The notes below the pieces were generated by a model. That model was not told the DNA's origin and searched no databases. It worked only from the letters and a program-made list of their open reading frames with translations. A stretch of DNA of 64,000 nucleotides from Planctomycetota bacterium (GTDB lineage Bacteria > Planctomycetota > UBA8108 > SXIK01), in assembly GCA_965223265.1 (NCBI GenBank), contig OZ244999.1:160001-224000 (forward strand). Reading direction: 5' to 3'. The position numbers were made by a program, and so were the translations under genes. This document shows, in pieces, positions 35,379 to 45,274 of the stretch (its first letter is position 1; the number at the start of each line of letters is the position of its first letter).

Positions 35379-35659
35379 AGAGCGCGTCCAATCAAGCGCT
35401 TTGCGCCGTCTGGCCGCAAAGATGGTACGAGCTTCTGAATCTTTAGGACAAGCGTCTTGTACGAAGATTGAACTGTCTATACCTGTTTTCTTTCGCGCAC
35501 GTCGATGTATGAAGTCAGGCGCATTGACTCTCCGCTTTGATTTTGCTGTGGCGACAGCGATTGGATACGATGGCGAGCGCAATTTTCCACCCCACGCGGC
35601 GCAGCCACCCGTCGAGAAACATTCGACAGGCGAGTCGCCGTACCGCTTAGGAGTAGACG

Positions 35660-37111
35660 ATGTCGCAGAAGAAGACGTCCCGCACTGACACGACGAACGA
35701 AAAAACGAACTCAGCCGCGAATCGGGATCGCGCCGAAAGCCGCCGTGCAGCCGGAAGGATCTCACGACGTCGATTTCTTAAACAGACTGCGGCGACCTCC
35801 GCGGCGGCGTTCGCGGCTCCCTACTTTGTTCCCGCAGCCGCTCTCGGGAAGGATGGAAACGTCGCACCAAGCGAACGCATCGTGATGGGCTGCATCGGCA
35901 CGGGTGGGCGCGGCACGAGCAACCTGAGGACATTCATCGGCCAAAGGGACGTGCAGATCGTTGCGGTCTGCGATGTGAACGAGGGGTCTGATCGTTATTA
36001 CCGCGGCCGTACTGCGGGACGTGAGCCGGCGCGACAGCGGATCGAATCTCACTATGCGCAGACCACCGTCACAGGCGAGTACAAGGGATGCGAGACGTTC
36101 GAGGACTTCCGCGAGCTCCTCACGCGCAGCGATATCGACGCCGTCAGCATCGCGACCCCCGATCACTGGCACGGCCTGATTTCAATCGCAGCCGCCAACG
36201 CCGGCAAGGATATCTACTGTGAGAAGCCTCTGACCAATTCGGTCGCAGAGGGGCGCGCCGTTTGCACGGCGGTGGAGAAAAACGGTCGCGTTCTCCAGAC
36301 GGGCAGCCACGAGCGCTCCAATGCCAACTCTCGTTTCGCGGCGGAGCTGGTTCGCAGCGGTCGCATCGGCGATCTTCACACGGTTCGCATCCAAATGCCG
36401 CTTGGCGAGCAGCATCACAGAATCGTGCAGGAGTTAGCGGGCATGCCGGCCCCCGAACCTGTGCCCGACGGCCTCGACTTTGACTTTTGGCTCGGTCACA
36501 CGCCGAAGGTCGAGTACTCGCCTCACCGTTGCCATTTTTGGTGGCGCTTCATCCTGGCGCACGGCGGTGGCGAGATGACGGATCGCGGCGCTCACGTGAT
36601 CGATCTGGCGCAAATGGTCATGAATACCGAAGACACGGGACCCGTCGAGATCGAGGCGAAGGGCGAACGTGGCGACGGGCTCTACGACACGTTCATGAAC
36701 TATGAATTCACTAATACCTATGCGAACGGCGTGCGCATGGTCGGTACGAGCGAAGGGCCGCGCGGTGTCAAGTTCGAGGGCACGAAGGGCTGGGTGTTCA
36801 TCCACGTCCATGGCTGCAAGCTTGACGCCGAGCCAAAGTCCCTGCTCGACGAGATCATTGGGCCGGATGAGGTTCACATTGGGCGGAGCCCCGGACACCA
36901 CCGTAACTTTCTCGACTGCGTTAAGAGTCGGGAGACACCCGTGGCGTCGGCGGAGATTGGTCACCGCTCCGGGAGTGTCTGCCACCTGAACAATATCGCG
37001 ATGCTCACCGGGCGCAAGTTGCGCTGGGATCCGGTCAAGGAACAGTTCGACGGCGACGCGGAGGCGAACAAGCTGTTGGCACCGCAGATGCGCTTGCCGT
37101 GGAGCCTCTAG
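35660..37111 (+). CDS. Gfo/Idh/MocA oxidoreductase, Tat-exported
   Basis: SRRRFLK, IGTGGRG, ATPDHWH, YCEKP, DRGAHVID. Confidence 0.92.
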   Translation: MSQKKTSRTDTTNEKTNSAANRDRAESRRAAGRISRRRFLKQTAATSAAAFAAPYFVPAAALGKDGNVAPSERIVMGCIGTGGRGTSNLRTFIGQRDVQIVAVCDVNEGSDRYYRGRTAGREPARQRIESHYAQTTVTGEYKGCETFEDFRELLTRSDIDAVSIATPDHWHGLISIAAANAGKDIYCEKPLTNSVAEGRAVCTAVEKNGRVLQTGSHERSNANSRFAAELVRSGRIGDLHTVRIQMPLGEQHHRIVQELAGMPAPEPVPDGLDFDFWLGHTPKVEYSPHRCHFWWRFILAHGGGEMTDRGAHVIDLAQMVMNTEDTGPVEIEAKGERGDGLYDTFMNYEFTNTYANGVRMVGTSEGPRGVKFEGTKGWVFIHVHGCKLDAEPKSLLDEIIGPDEVHIGRSPGHHRNFLDCVKSRETPVASAEIGHRSGSVCHLNNIAMLTGRKLRWDPVKEQFDGDAEANKLLAPQMRLPWSL

Positions 37112-37167
37112 CGAATTGCTACGACGCAGCAACGAGGAAGGCATGACGTCGGCGTGAGCTCTGACGA

Positions 37168-37527
37168 TCAGCAGTCAGCGGGTGTCGGGCCTCCCGGCGT
37201 CCACTCCCACGTGCTGCCGTCGCAAAACTCGACTTCGAGGTGTTTGGCGTTGAGTCGAAACATGTGTATGGCGTCGAGGATTTCAGCGGCGTGATTCTTC
37301 GCGGCGCCATCCCGTCCGAGCGCATCATCGTCCACGCCACTCGCCACTTTTTCGCCTTCAGAGATGCTGCCATCGGCGGTGTCACCAAGTTCGATTGCCT
37401 TGGCCCACCGCTCGCCGACGCGGTGGCGAAAGCAGAGCAGGCTAGCGTCCCTGAGCGTGACGACAGCTTCAGTGTAGCGTGCGTCGGTCTTGACGGAGAC
37501 GACGAGGGCCTCGAGCGATTCCTTCAT
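37168..37527 (-). CDS. Hypothetical protein
   Basis: Protein-like ORF downstream of the 37620-39587 gene; start uncertain. Confidence 0.6.
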   Translation of the reverse strand: MKESLEALVVSVKTDARYTEAVVTLRDASLLCFRHRVGERWAKAIELGDTADGSISEGEKVASGVDDDALGRDGAAKNHAAEILDAIHMFRLNAKHLEVEFCDGSTWEWTPGGPTPADC

Positions 37528-37619
37528 GTTCACGCTCGCTATTCTTCGGGCTGCGACTACATCACGTCCAGAGGGTTTCGTGAGTTTCTGCGACCGCCCC
37601 TCCGGCGCCGGCGAATCAG

Positions 37620-39587
37620 CTATTGCTTCGCAGCCCACTTGGTGCCGTCAACGAACTCGACGCTCTCGACGCGCCCCTCGAGGTCTACAGCGTTTTCCGG
37701 GAGGAAAAATGCGGTCGTCGCGATTTCGGCGTGAGCGTTTGCCTCTACAAGCAGCTGCGGGCCGTCGGTTGTAACGACCCCGTTGAGGGTGTGCGGGAAG
37801 TCCTTGAGCTCTTCGCCCTGCGCGCCGCGATAGACGAACCGAACCTGGGCGGCAACGATCGCCTTGTTGGAGCGATTGACGCAGCGAAGTCGCGCTTTAG
37901 GAAACTGGTTCTCTTCTTTGTGGAATGCGACGAATTCGACTTCGAGCGGCATGTCGAACCCGTCGAATGTGAGCTGTTCGAGCTTTTCGGGCATTTCGCC
38001 GAATCGCAGAAGGGGGATCTGCCTTAGCGTGAATGCGTAGTCGATCAACTCGCTTTCGGTGACTAGCTTCATGTGCAGTTTCGCCGTTGCTCGATCCGTC
38101 TGCAGGCTCGCTTGCGCTTTCGTTGGTCCCCACATCGAAACGCTGGACGCGAAGATGGATAATTCGCTTCCGGAGGCGTCGAACGCTCGGAAACGAACGG
38201 AAAGGTCGTCTAGTTGGGATTCAGGTCCTTCGACGTTAAAAGCCGTAAACGTTCCGGTTTGTGTGACCGTGAAGCGAAACTGACCCACCTTCTGAGTGTC
38301 GCCCTTTTTTAGAGTCGAAAACTCGGCGGACTCAATCGCAAGCGGTACGGAGATTCGATGGGTACCCTCCAAGGTGTCGATGGCTTCGACGTCCCGCAGC
38401 AGGTTTCTCAGTTGAATGCGCGTCGTGTTCTGGTAGGCGCCGTCTTCCACCAGACCGCCACCGTGGAAACGAACGTCCTCCGTCGCTTTCAAACTGTGCG
38501 CTTTGGAGTCGATGATGCGCCCGAACGTGACTGTCTCACCGATCTGTTCGATCAGACCTAAGATCCCTGAGTTGAGGCCATACGCTGACACCTCGACTGT
38601 GGCGGTGCCGCGTGGCTGCGGTGCGAACTCCTCGAGATCCGACACGGATACAAGAAACGGCCCGGCGAACGCGATCGGGCGGGGGCGTGGGCCACGCGTG
38701 AGCGTGATTGTGTCGAGCGCTGGGGCCGCGGTCCGTACCGCGCCTCTGCCGCTGCCCGATGGCACACGTACGATGCCTGCTTTCGCTTCCGCGGATGGAT
38801 ATTGGGGTGTGAGATCCAGCTCTCCACAGATCGTCTCGATGGCTTCGAGCTGCGACAGTCCACGAACGTCGGATGAGACGCTGCTTTGGAGCAATTCTTG
38901 ATACTCGCCTGCGTCGAGCTCAAGCCCGATCGCCGCAGCGAGCTCGGAGAGCGCAGCGTCACGCAGCTGACCCCGATAATCCATCGCGTTCGTCCAACCC
39001 GCCTCGAACTCTCCGCGACTCATCGCGCTCAGTGACTCGTAGTAGTCGCGGTTGCGAGCGATCGTCTTTCTCTCTTGCTCACGCTTCGATTCTTCGAAGG
39101 CCTTCTGGATCTCAGAAGCGATCGCCTCGCCAATCGCATTCGTGACGTCGCCGATCTGCTCAAAGTTGATGGTCATCTCCGGCCCACCCGGTTTCATGGC
39201 GGCGCGCAACGCGTAGATGCTCCACTTGTCACTTTCGCGGCGCAGGAGGACTTTGACGGTTCGCTCCTGCCCGTCTTTGCGCGTGCGTACCGGCACTTCC
39301 GCTGTCTCCCCGGCGACGGTAGCCTTCTCTACTTCAAAATCGCCAAACTTGGCTGCGTCGATTTCGAATCCGGAGCCCGATGCGAGGCCCTTTTTGGCCG
39401 CTGCGGTCAGAAAAGACGTGAAGCGCTGTTTGTCGTTTGCTTGGCTCGCCTCAACGAAGGCTTGCGTCACCGCGCGCGGGTCTGACGAGGTCGCCGCCGC
39501 TGACGATGTCGAGGGAGAGCATGAAGGCGTCGCCGACACGGCGAAGCTGCCGGCAACGACGACGATCCACTTCAGTGTCTGCATCAT
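37620..39587 (-). CDS. Secreted or lipoprotein hypothetical with N-terminal NTF2-like (DUF4878-type) domain
   Basis: Hydrophobic N-terminus with Cys; DPRAVTQAFVEA...LRRESDKWSI pattern; 655 aa. Confidence 0.75.
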   Translation of the reverse strand: MMQTLKWIVVVAGSFAVSATPSCSPSTSSAAATSSDPRAVTQAFVEASQANDKQRFTSFLTAAAKKGLASGSGFEIDAAKFGDFEVEKATVAGETAEVPVRTRKDGQERTVKVLLRRESDKWSIYALRAAMKPGGPEMTINFEQIGDVTNAIGEAIASEIQKAFEESKREQERKTIARNRDYYESLSAMSRGEFEAGWTNAMDYRGQLRDAALSELAAAIGLELDAGEYQELLQSSVSSDVRGLSQLEAIETICGELDLTPQYPSAEAKAGIVRVPSGSGRGAVRTAAPALDTITLTRGPRPRPIAFAGPFLVSVSDLEEFAPQPRGTATVEVSAYGLNSGILGLIEQIGETVTFGRIIDSKAHSLKATEDVRFHGGGLVEDGAYQNTTRIQLRNLLRDVEAIDTLEGTHRISVPLAIESAEFSTLKKGDTQKVGQFRFTVTQTGTFTAFNVEGPESQLDDLSVRFRAFDASGSELSIFASSVSMWGPTKAQASLQTDRATAKLHMKLVTESELIDYAFTLRQIPLLRFGEMPEKLEQLTFDGFDMPLEVEFVAFHKEENQFPKARLRCVNRSNKAIVAAQVRFVYRGAQGEELKDFPHTLNGVVTTDGPQLLVEANAHAEIATTAFFLPENAVDLEGRVESVEFVDGTKWAAKQ

Positions 39588-39951
39588 GGAGGGCTCCGTG
39601 AGTATGTGAACGAATAGGTAGTGCCGACGGCTCGCACTCAGCGCGCGTGGGGTATACCCCGCGCGTGGTCGGGAGTGTGCGCGGCGGTTCAGTCAACTCT
39701 TTATCGAGCATCGAGGCGAGTGGGTTTACGTTTCTGGGCCGTTGCCTCGATAGGACCTGCCGTGAGAGCCGTGTTGTCGATTATCAGTACGTCCGCGGTA
39801 GACCGAGTGGCCGCGCCGAGCCGATTGACATGCCGCCGTGTTTCTTGGAAAGTTCAATGGCAGCGACGACATTTCGATCGGAGGCGGGAACTTGCTGCAG
39901 ACTCTCGATGGGTCGACGAGTACCGCAATCAAACGCACGAGGATATTAGGG

Positions 39952-41598
39952 ATGGCAACACGTAACTCGCGTTCGGCATCGTGGGGCTGTGTCTTGTCGT
40001 TGGTCGCCTTGGCTAGCTGCTCGGCACCGGTGGACAGAGAGAGACCGCCGCTGCTCGAGGGTATGGGAGATTTCCACTATGGGATCTCCACCTTCAACGA
40101 TCTGGCGCAGCGCTTCTTCGATCAAGGTCTTGTACTGTCCTACGGATTCAATCACGAAGAGGCGGCACGATCTTTTCGCGAGGCCGCGCGCTTGGATCCT
40201 GAATGCGGTACGTGTTGGTGGGGGGCAGCACTTGTTGCCGGGCCGAACATCAACGCGCCGATGGAGCCTGACGCCGTGCCGGTGGCGTGGGAAGCTTTAC
40301 AAAATGCTCTGTCTCTCCGCGAGGAAGGCACGGAGCGCGAGCGTGCCCTCATCGATGCTCTCGCGAAGCGATACAGCCCCGAGAAGCTCGATGACCGTAG
40401 CGCCCTCGACCAGGCCTATGCTGACGCCATGGGTGAGGTTGCGGCGCGCTATCCCGACGACGTTGAAATCGGGGCGCTCTACGCCGAAGCATTGATGGAT
40501 CTTCACCCATGGGACTATTGGCAGAAGGACGGTTCCCCACAGCCGTGGACACCGCGGATTCTCGAGGTCCTCGAGGCGGTTCTGGCGCGCGCTCCGAACC
40601 ATCCCGGTGCCAACCATTTCTATATCCACGCCGTGGAAGCGTCGAAGAACCCCGAGCGCGGTCTCGCCGCTGCGGATCGTCTGGGCAGTCTCGTTCCAGG
40701 GGCCGGACATCTCGTTCACATGCCGGCGCATATCTACATCCGGACTGGCAGGTACCACCAAGGATCAGAGGCAAACTTGCTCGCGATCGCTTCGGATCAC
40801 AACTACATCACCCAGTGCAGGCAGCAGGGCGTCTACCCGGTGACGTATCATCCGCACAATCATCACTTTCTCTGGGCAACGGCAAGCCTTGAAGGTAACA
40901 GCGCTTTGGCGATCGAAGCGGCGAAGGACACTGCGGAGCATTCGGAACATGCGCTCATGTGTAAACCTGGGATCGGCGCGGTGCAGCAGCACTTCAGTAC
41001 GATTCCGTACTACGCATACGTCCGCTTTGGGAAGTGGAAAGAGATGCTCGCTGAACCTAAGCCTGTCGAGATCGCGTATCCCACCGGCGTCTGGCACTAC
41101 GGCCGCGGCATGGCCTACGCCGCCACGGGCGATCTCGCGGCTGCGGAACGTGAGCTCGAGTCGCTCAAGGGCATTGCGGCAGACGAAGAACTCGCGGATG
41201 TACGCATCTGGGAGGTCAACTCCGTGCGCGCTGTTTTGGCCATTGCTGAAAACGTGCTCGCCGGAGAGATCGCGTTTCGTCGCAGTCGCTATGACGAAGC
41301 GATCGAGTTGCTTGAGAGTGCTACGTCGGCGGAGAGTGAGTTGATCTATGGCGAACCATCGGACTGGTTCTATCCCGTACGACACTCGCTTGGGTATGTT
41401 CTCCTGAAGGCCGGAAGAGCTGCCGACGCCGAGAAGGTTTACCTCGATGACCTCGAAGTGTATCCGGAGAACGGGTGGGCGCTCTACGGTCTCGCTGAGG
41501 CGTTGCGAGCGCAGGGGAAGGACGCGGCCGACGTCGAAACGCGGCTGGCTCGGGCTTGGCAGTGGGCGGACGTGAAGTTGTCTGGCTCGCGGTTTTGA
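39952..41598 (+). CDS. TPR-like lipoprotein
   Basis: Lipobox LASC; FFDQGL..YGFNH.EA, HPGANHFYIHAVE, GHLVHMPAHIY, PENGWAL. Confidence 0.85.
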   Translation: MATRNSRSASWGCVLSLVALASCSAPVDRERPPLLEGMGDFHYGISTFNDLAQRFFDQGLVLSYGFNHEEAARSFREAARLDPECGTCWWGAALVAGPNINAPMEPDAVPVAWEALQNALSLREEGTERERALIDALAKRYSPEKLDDRSALDQAYADAMGEVAARYPDDVEIGALYAEALMDLHPWDYWQKDGSPQPWTPRILEVLEAVLARAPNHPGANHFYIHAVEASKNPERGLAAADRLGSLVPGAGHLVHMPAHIYIRTGRYHQGSEANLLAIASDHNYITQCRQQGVYPVTYHPHNHHFLWATASLEGNSALAIEAAKDTAEHSEHALMCKPGIGAVQQHFSTIPYYAYVRFGKWKEMLAEPKPVEIAYPTGVWHYGRGMAYAATGDLAAAERELESLKGIAADEELADVRIWEVNSVRAVLAIAENVLAGEIAFRRSRYDEAIELLESATSAESELIYGEPSDWFYPVRHSLGYVLLKAGRAADAEKVYLDDLEVYPENGWALYGLAEALRAQGKDAADVETRLARAWQWADVKLSGSRF

Positions 41599-41605
41599 GT
41601 TGACG

Positions 41606-42646
41606 TCAAAAGATGCCGGTGAACTCCGTGCCCAGGTGAGCGTCTTCGATGAGTGCGATCGCTTGCACGGTCGCTTCGGATTCACGGCACGCGACCCAAG
41701 CGAAGTACTCGTCGGCTCCGCCTCCATACGTGTGCCGGTAAGCCCAGCCTCCGATGTCTGCCAACGCGCGGATTTCGTCGAAGTCATCGCGTTGGTACGG
41801 GTCCTTTCGCTGCTCCATCAGTGCACGGCGTAGTCGTTCAGGATCGGCGTGCGCGCCGACGGCGAACGCCACGACGTGATCGTCGTGGCCTGCCCGACTC
41901 CACAGTGCGTCGTAGACATCACGGTCGACTGCGCTGTAAAGCGCGATTCGTTCTCGGTAGAAACTCGATCCCACTTCGAACGGCTCGTTGATATGTGGGA
42001 GCCGATCGAGGAGGGCGAGGGTTTCGTCGGTGGCGTCGACTTGCCCGACTTCGCAAATCAGAATGGGTGGTGCCTTGTCGCCGTCCGCGAGCGCCCAAGC
42101 GACCGCTCCTTCGCGGCCGTAGTCGTCGAACGTGACGATCGAGCACGCCTCGCTCAGCTTGGAGACGTTTCGATAGGTGGCGACGATCATATCCCTCTCG
42201 CTTCCTTCACCTGCGTTCGTCGGCGCACGATTGCATCCACTTTCGAGGAACCTCTCGAACAGCGCAGCATCGTCGCTCACGAATGCCTGCACTGAATCGC
42301 GAAAGGTGCCGAACCAACGCACAAGCGCCCAAGAAAAACAGGCGGCTATCTCTCTGCAAAGGTGGTCGGTGTCGGCTGCCGATGTCGGCATGTCAAAGGC
42401 GAGCTCGTTCTTGAATGCCTCGGCCCTATCATCAATCTTCGGCCCATGAAGGAAGCCCTTCGGCGCATACCAGTCGGGCCAGTCTTTGAGTACACTTCGG
42501 ATCTGATCGAAACTTTGAATTGCTCTTCGGCGCGATCGCGAGCAAACGGAGGCATCCTCGTACGGCGCGCCGAGAAAGGAAGCCAGCTTCTGCTCGAGGA
42601 ACGCGCGTTCGGATCTGACTAGCGAGACGTTGAGTCGAGATGTCAT
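41606..42646 (-). CDS. Hypothetical protein flanked by an 11-bp direct repeat
   Basis: GGAGG RBS before ATG 42646; no recognisable motif. Confidence 0.7.
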   Translation of the reverse strand: MTSRLNVSLVRSERAFLEQKLASFLGAPYEDASVCSRSRRRAIQSFDQIRSVLKDWPDWYAPKGFLHGPKIDDRAEAFKNELAFDMPTSAADTDHLCREIAACFSWALVRWFGTFRDSVQAFVSDDAALFERFLESGCNRAPTNAGEGSERDMIVATYRNVSKLSEACSIVTFDDYGREGAVAWALADGDKAPPILICEVGQVDATDETLALLDRLPHINEPFEVGSSFYRERIALYSAVDRDVYDALWSRAGHDDHVVAFAVGAHADPERLRRALMEQRKDPYQRDDFDEIRALADIGGWAYRHTYGGGADEYFAWVACRESEATVQAIALIEDAHLGTEFTGIF

Positions 42647-42891
42647 CGAATCCGTTCCTCCACCTGTCGCCACGGCGGTCGTCAGAGGGCGGCTGCATGT
42701 TTTCGGAAGTTGCCACACGGAGCGAACCCTGCTCGAGAATATCGTAGCTGCACCTACTGTGCGACCCAGTAGGTGGAGGTCCGGCCCTCCAGTATTTCTC
42801 GTGCGAAGATCACGATGTGACGTCAAAATGTCGCGCTGATTGAATTCGACCGAGTTCGGCTTGGCGCCGGCAGAACCCAGGAGCTTGATCC

Positions 42892-43563
42892 ATGCCCAAG
42901 AAGTTGCCGTTTTTCGCTGTCATGCTGCTCGCTGTCTCGAGCTGCTCCCACTTCGCTTCGAGTCCGAAGGATAGCGAAAGCGGACCGATCCACACAGCTG
43001 AAGTCGAGTCGATCGCTCTGTTCAACGGTGAGACTCTCGACGGCTGGGTGGTCGAGAACGGAGGCCAGTTCTCGGTTGTCGATGGACTCCTGCGCGTGGA
43101 TCGTGGAGTTGGTTGGCTTCGCTCCGAAGACGAATTTGAGGACTTCGAGCTCGAAGTTGTGTTCCGCTTTCTTGAGAGGGACGCGAACAGCGGCGTGTTC
43201 GTGCGCACGGGAGCCACAAGCAAGCAGGACGACAACGGTTGGCCTGACAACGGATATCAGATTCAGTGTCGAGAGACGACCTCCGGAGACTATCCCATCG
43301 CAGCGTTGATCCCTTATGGTGCCCCGTCCTTTGCGTCGACATCGGATCTTGATGCTATCGTGCGCGCGTATCGGCCGATCGGCGAGTGGAACCGGTTCGA
43401 TATTGTCTGTGTAGGTGAAACGCTGACGGTCAGTTTGAACGGTATAGCGGTGACCACGGCCGAGTCGATCAAGAACCGAGGTGGTCACGTTGGTATTCAG
43501 GGTGAGAACGGCCTGCTTGAGTTCAAGACAGTCAGGCTGAAGACGCTTGTCAACGCCGAATGA
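42892..43563 (+). CDS. DUF1080 (3-keto-disaccharide hydrolase) lipoprotein
   Basis: LFNGETLDGW, NSGVFVR, GYQIQ, GEWN, GHVGIQ; lipobox VSSC. Confidence 0.9.
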   Translation: MPKKLPFFAVMLLAVSSCSHFASSPKDSESGPIHTAEVESIALFNGETLDGWVVENGGQFSVVDGLLRVDRGVGWLRSEDEFEDFELEVVFRFLERDANSGVFVRTGATSKQDDNGWPDNGYQIQCRETTSGDYPIAALIPYGAPSFASTSDLDAIVRAYRPIGEWNRFDIVCVGETLTVSLNGIAVTTAESIKNRGGHVGIQGENGLLEFKTVRLKTLVNAE

Positions 43564-43584
43564 GTTCGTTCGGAGACGTCTGAG

Positions 43585-45273
43585 ATGCAGAGAATTTCTC
43601 GGCGCGATTTCGTCCGACGGGTCGGGTGTGGAGTCGGATGCGCGACGGCCTTGACGGCTTGCGGTCAAGTCGATCGGCGCGCACGGGCAGCAGACGCGGG
43701 TGCTACGGTGCGGGGTGACCCGGCGACAACGTACGATCCGAATCTCTACCTCTTCGTCGATGACCACTGGATCGAGCGTCGCGACTATGTCGACCGTGTC
43801 CTCCACCAAGCTCGGCCACTTCCTGCGCCGGTGGTTTGGCCAGATGACCCGCGACACGAAGAGGACGCCGCGTGGGGTAACGTGCTGCGCGAGCCCGACG
43901 GGACGTTTCGCATGTGGTATGCGACCCTCATGCTCGGCCATGCGGGCGGCGGTCATCATGAGATGGCGCGAGCGGGCGTATGGGGGCGGGCGGATGACTT
44001 TGGCTTTTATCCACGCTCTCGAGCCGACGTAGTGCAGACGAACGCCGTTCTTGGCAAGTACGCCGAGTCTTCTGACGGCCGCAGCTGGGCGAAACCGGAA
44101 CTCGGTCTCGTTGAACTCCGCGGCAGTACACGAAACAACATCGTTCTCAATGGGACGATCGCGGCGAATCAGACCGGCGGCGCGCTCACCAACTTCGACG
44201 GTTGGACGGTCGTGCGGGACGATCATGAGACCGACTCGAATCGTCGTTACAAGATGGTCGCTCATTGGGAATCGATTCATTGCCATGACAACAAAGACAT
44301 CAGCGGATTCTTAGGACGACCCGAAGCGGCGCTGAAGCGGTTTCATGCTGCGCGTGGGAAGTACCTTACGTGTAGTCGAGACGGCCTGCGCTGGGATCAG
44401 CCGCTGGAACGTATCGATTTTCCCGACGGCAACGGAGATCGTTTTCTCATCGTGCGCGACCACCGCAATGAGCGCTGGTTTGGGTACAGTCGCGCTGCCA
44501 GCCACGCGGCCGCGGCGTTCTCTTTCAGCCAGAATTTGAGCGACTGGTCATCGCCGGAAGTGGAGCCGCTGGTTACCGCGAAGTCGATCGGCGACCTCAA
44601 GGTCGAATGTCTTGTGCCGTTTAACTACGGTCGACAAGATCTCGGTGTGCCGGTAGCCATGGACAAGGATCGCAGCATGCTACAAGGTGCACGCGCTATG
44701 GTGCCCTATTTGGCCACGCATCACGATGGAGAATCGTGGTCGTTCGTTGGCCAGGAGCGTGAGCCATTGATTCCGAAAGGACCGCCGAGCAGCTACTACG
44801 CCAGTGGTGCTGTTCCGCTTCACAATGAGCCATTCATCGTCGGCGACGAGCTCCTTATTTTCTTCAACGCTTTCGCGCGCTACCAGGATCCGCCAAGTCG
44901 TTATGGCTCTCGCAGTATTGGAATTGCAACGCTGCGGCGCGACGGGTTCGTGGGCCTGGTTCACCGTGCGAGTGCCGGCACAGGGGCGGTCGTCACGAAG
45001 GAAGTCGTGGTGGATGGGCCGCGGCTGGAACTCAACGTCGAAGCGGCTCCAACCGCCGGTCGTGTTGAGGTTGCTGTTCTGTCGCCGGAAGGAACCGTGG
45101 TTCCTGGTTACGACTTTGATTCTGTCGTTCCACTTGAGGTTGACTCCGTGCGGGCGTCGGTTACCTGGGCCGGAAGGAACGGAACCGCAGATCTCATGGG
45201 GAAGCGCGTAAAGCTCGCGATGCGTCTGCGCGGAGACGTGACGCTTTACGCCTTTGCGTTCGCAGGACGCTGA
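43585..45273 (+). CDS. Tat-exported beta-propeller glycosyl-hydrolase-like protein
   Basis: SRRDFV, LFVDD, FRMWY, AESSDGRSWAKPELG, LRRDGF, C-terminal LYAF. Confidence 0.8.
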   Translation: MQRISRRDFVRRVGCGVGCATALTACGQVDRRARAADAGATVRGDPATTYDPNLYLFVDDHWIERRDYVDRVLHQARPLPAPVVWPDDPRHEEDAAWGNVLREPDGTFRMWYATLMLGHAGGGHHEMARAGVWGRADDFGFYPRSRADVVQTNAVLGKYAESSDGRSWAKPELGLVELRGSTRNNIVLNGTIAANQTGGALTNFDGWTVVRDDHETDSNRRYKMVAHWESIHCHDNKDISGFLGRPEAALKRFHAARGKYLTCSRDGLRWDQPLERIDFPDGNGDRFLIVRDHRNERWFGYSRAASHAAAAFSFSQNLSDWSSPEVEPLVTAKSIGDLKVECLVPFNYGRQDLGVPVAMDKDRSMLQGARAMVPYLATHHDGESWSFVGQEREPLIPKGPPSSYYASGAVPLHNEPFIVGDELLIFFNAFARYQDPPSRYGSRSIGIATLRRDGFVGLVHRASAGTGAVVTKEVVVDGPRLELNVEAAPTAGRVEVAVLSPEGTVVPGYDFDSVVPLEVDSVRASVTWAGRNGTADLMGKRVKLAMRLRGDVTLYAFAFAGR

Positions 45274-45274
45274 T

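Noticed and set aside
42823-44286. 487-aa minus-strand ORF
   Set aside because: Antisense shadow of the DUF1080 and beta-propeller genes, which carry clear motifs.
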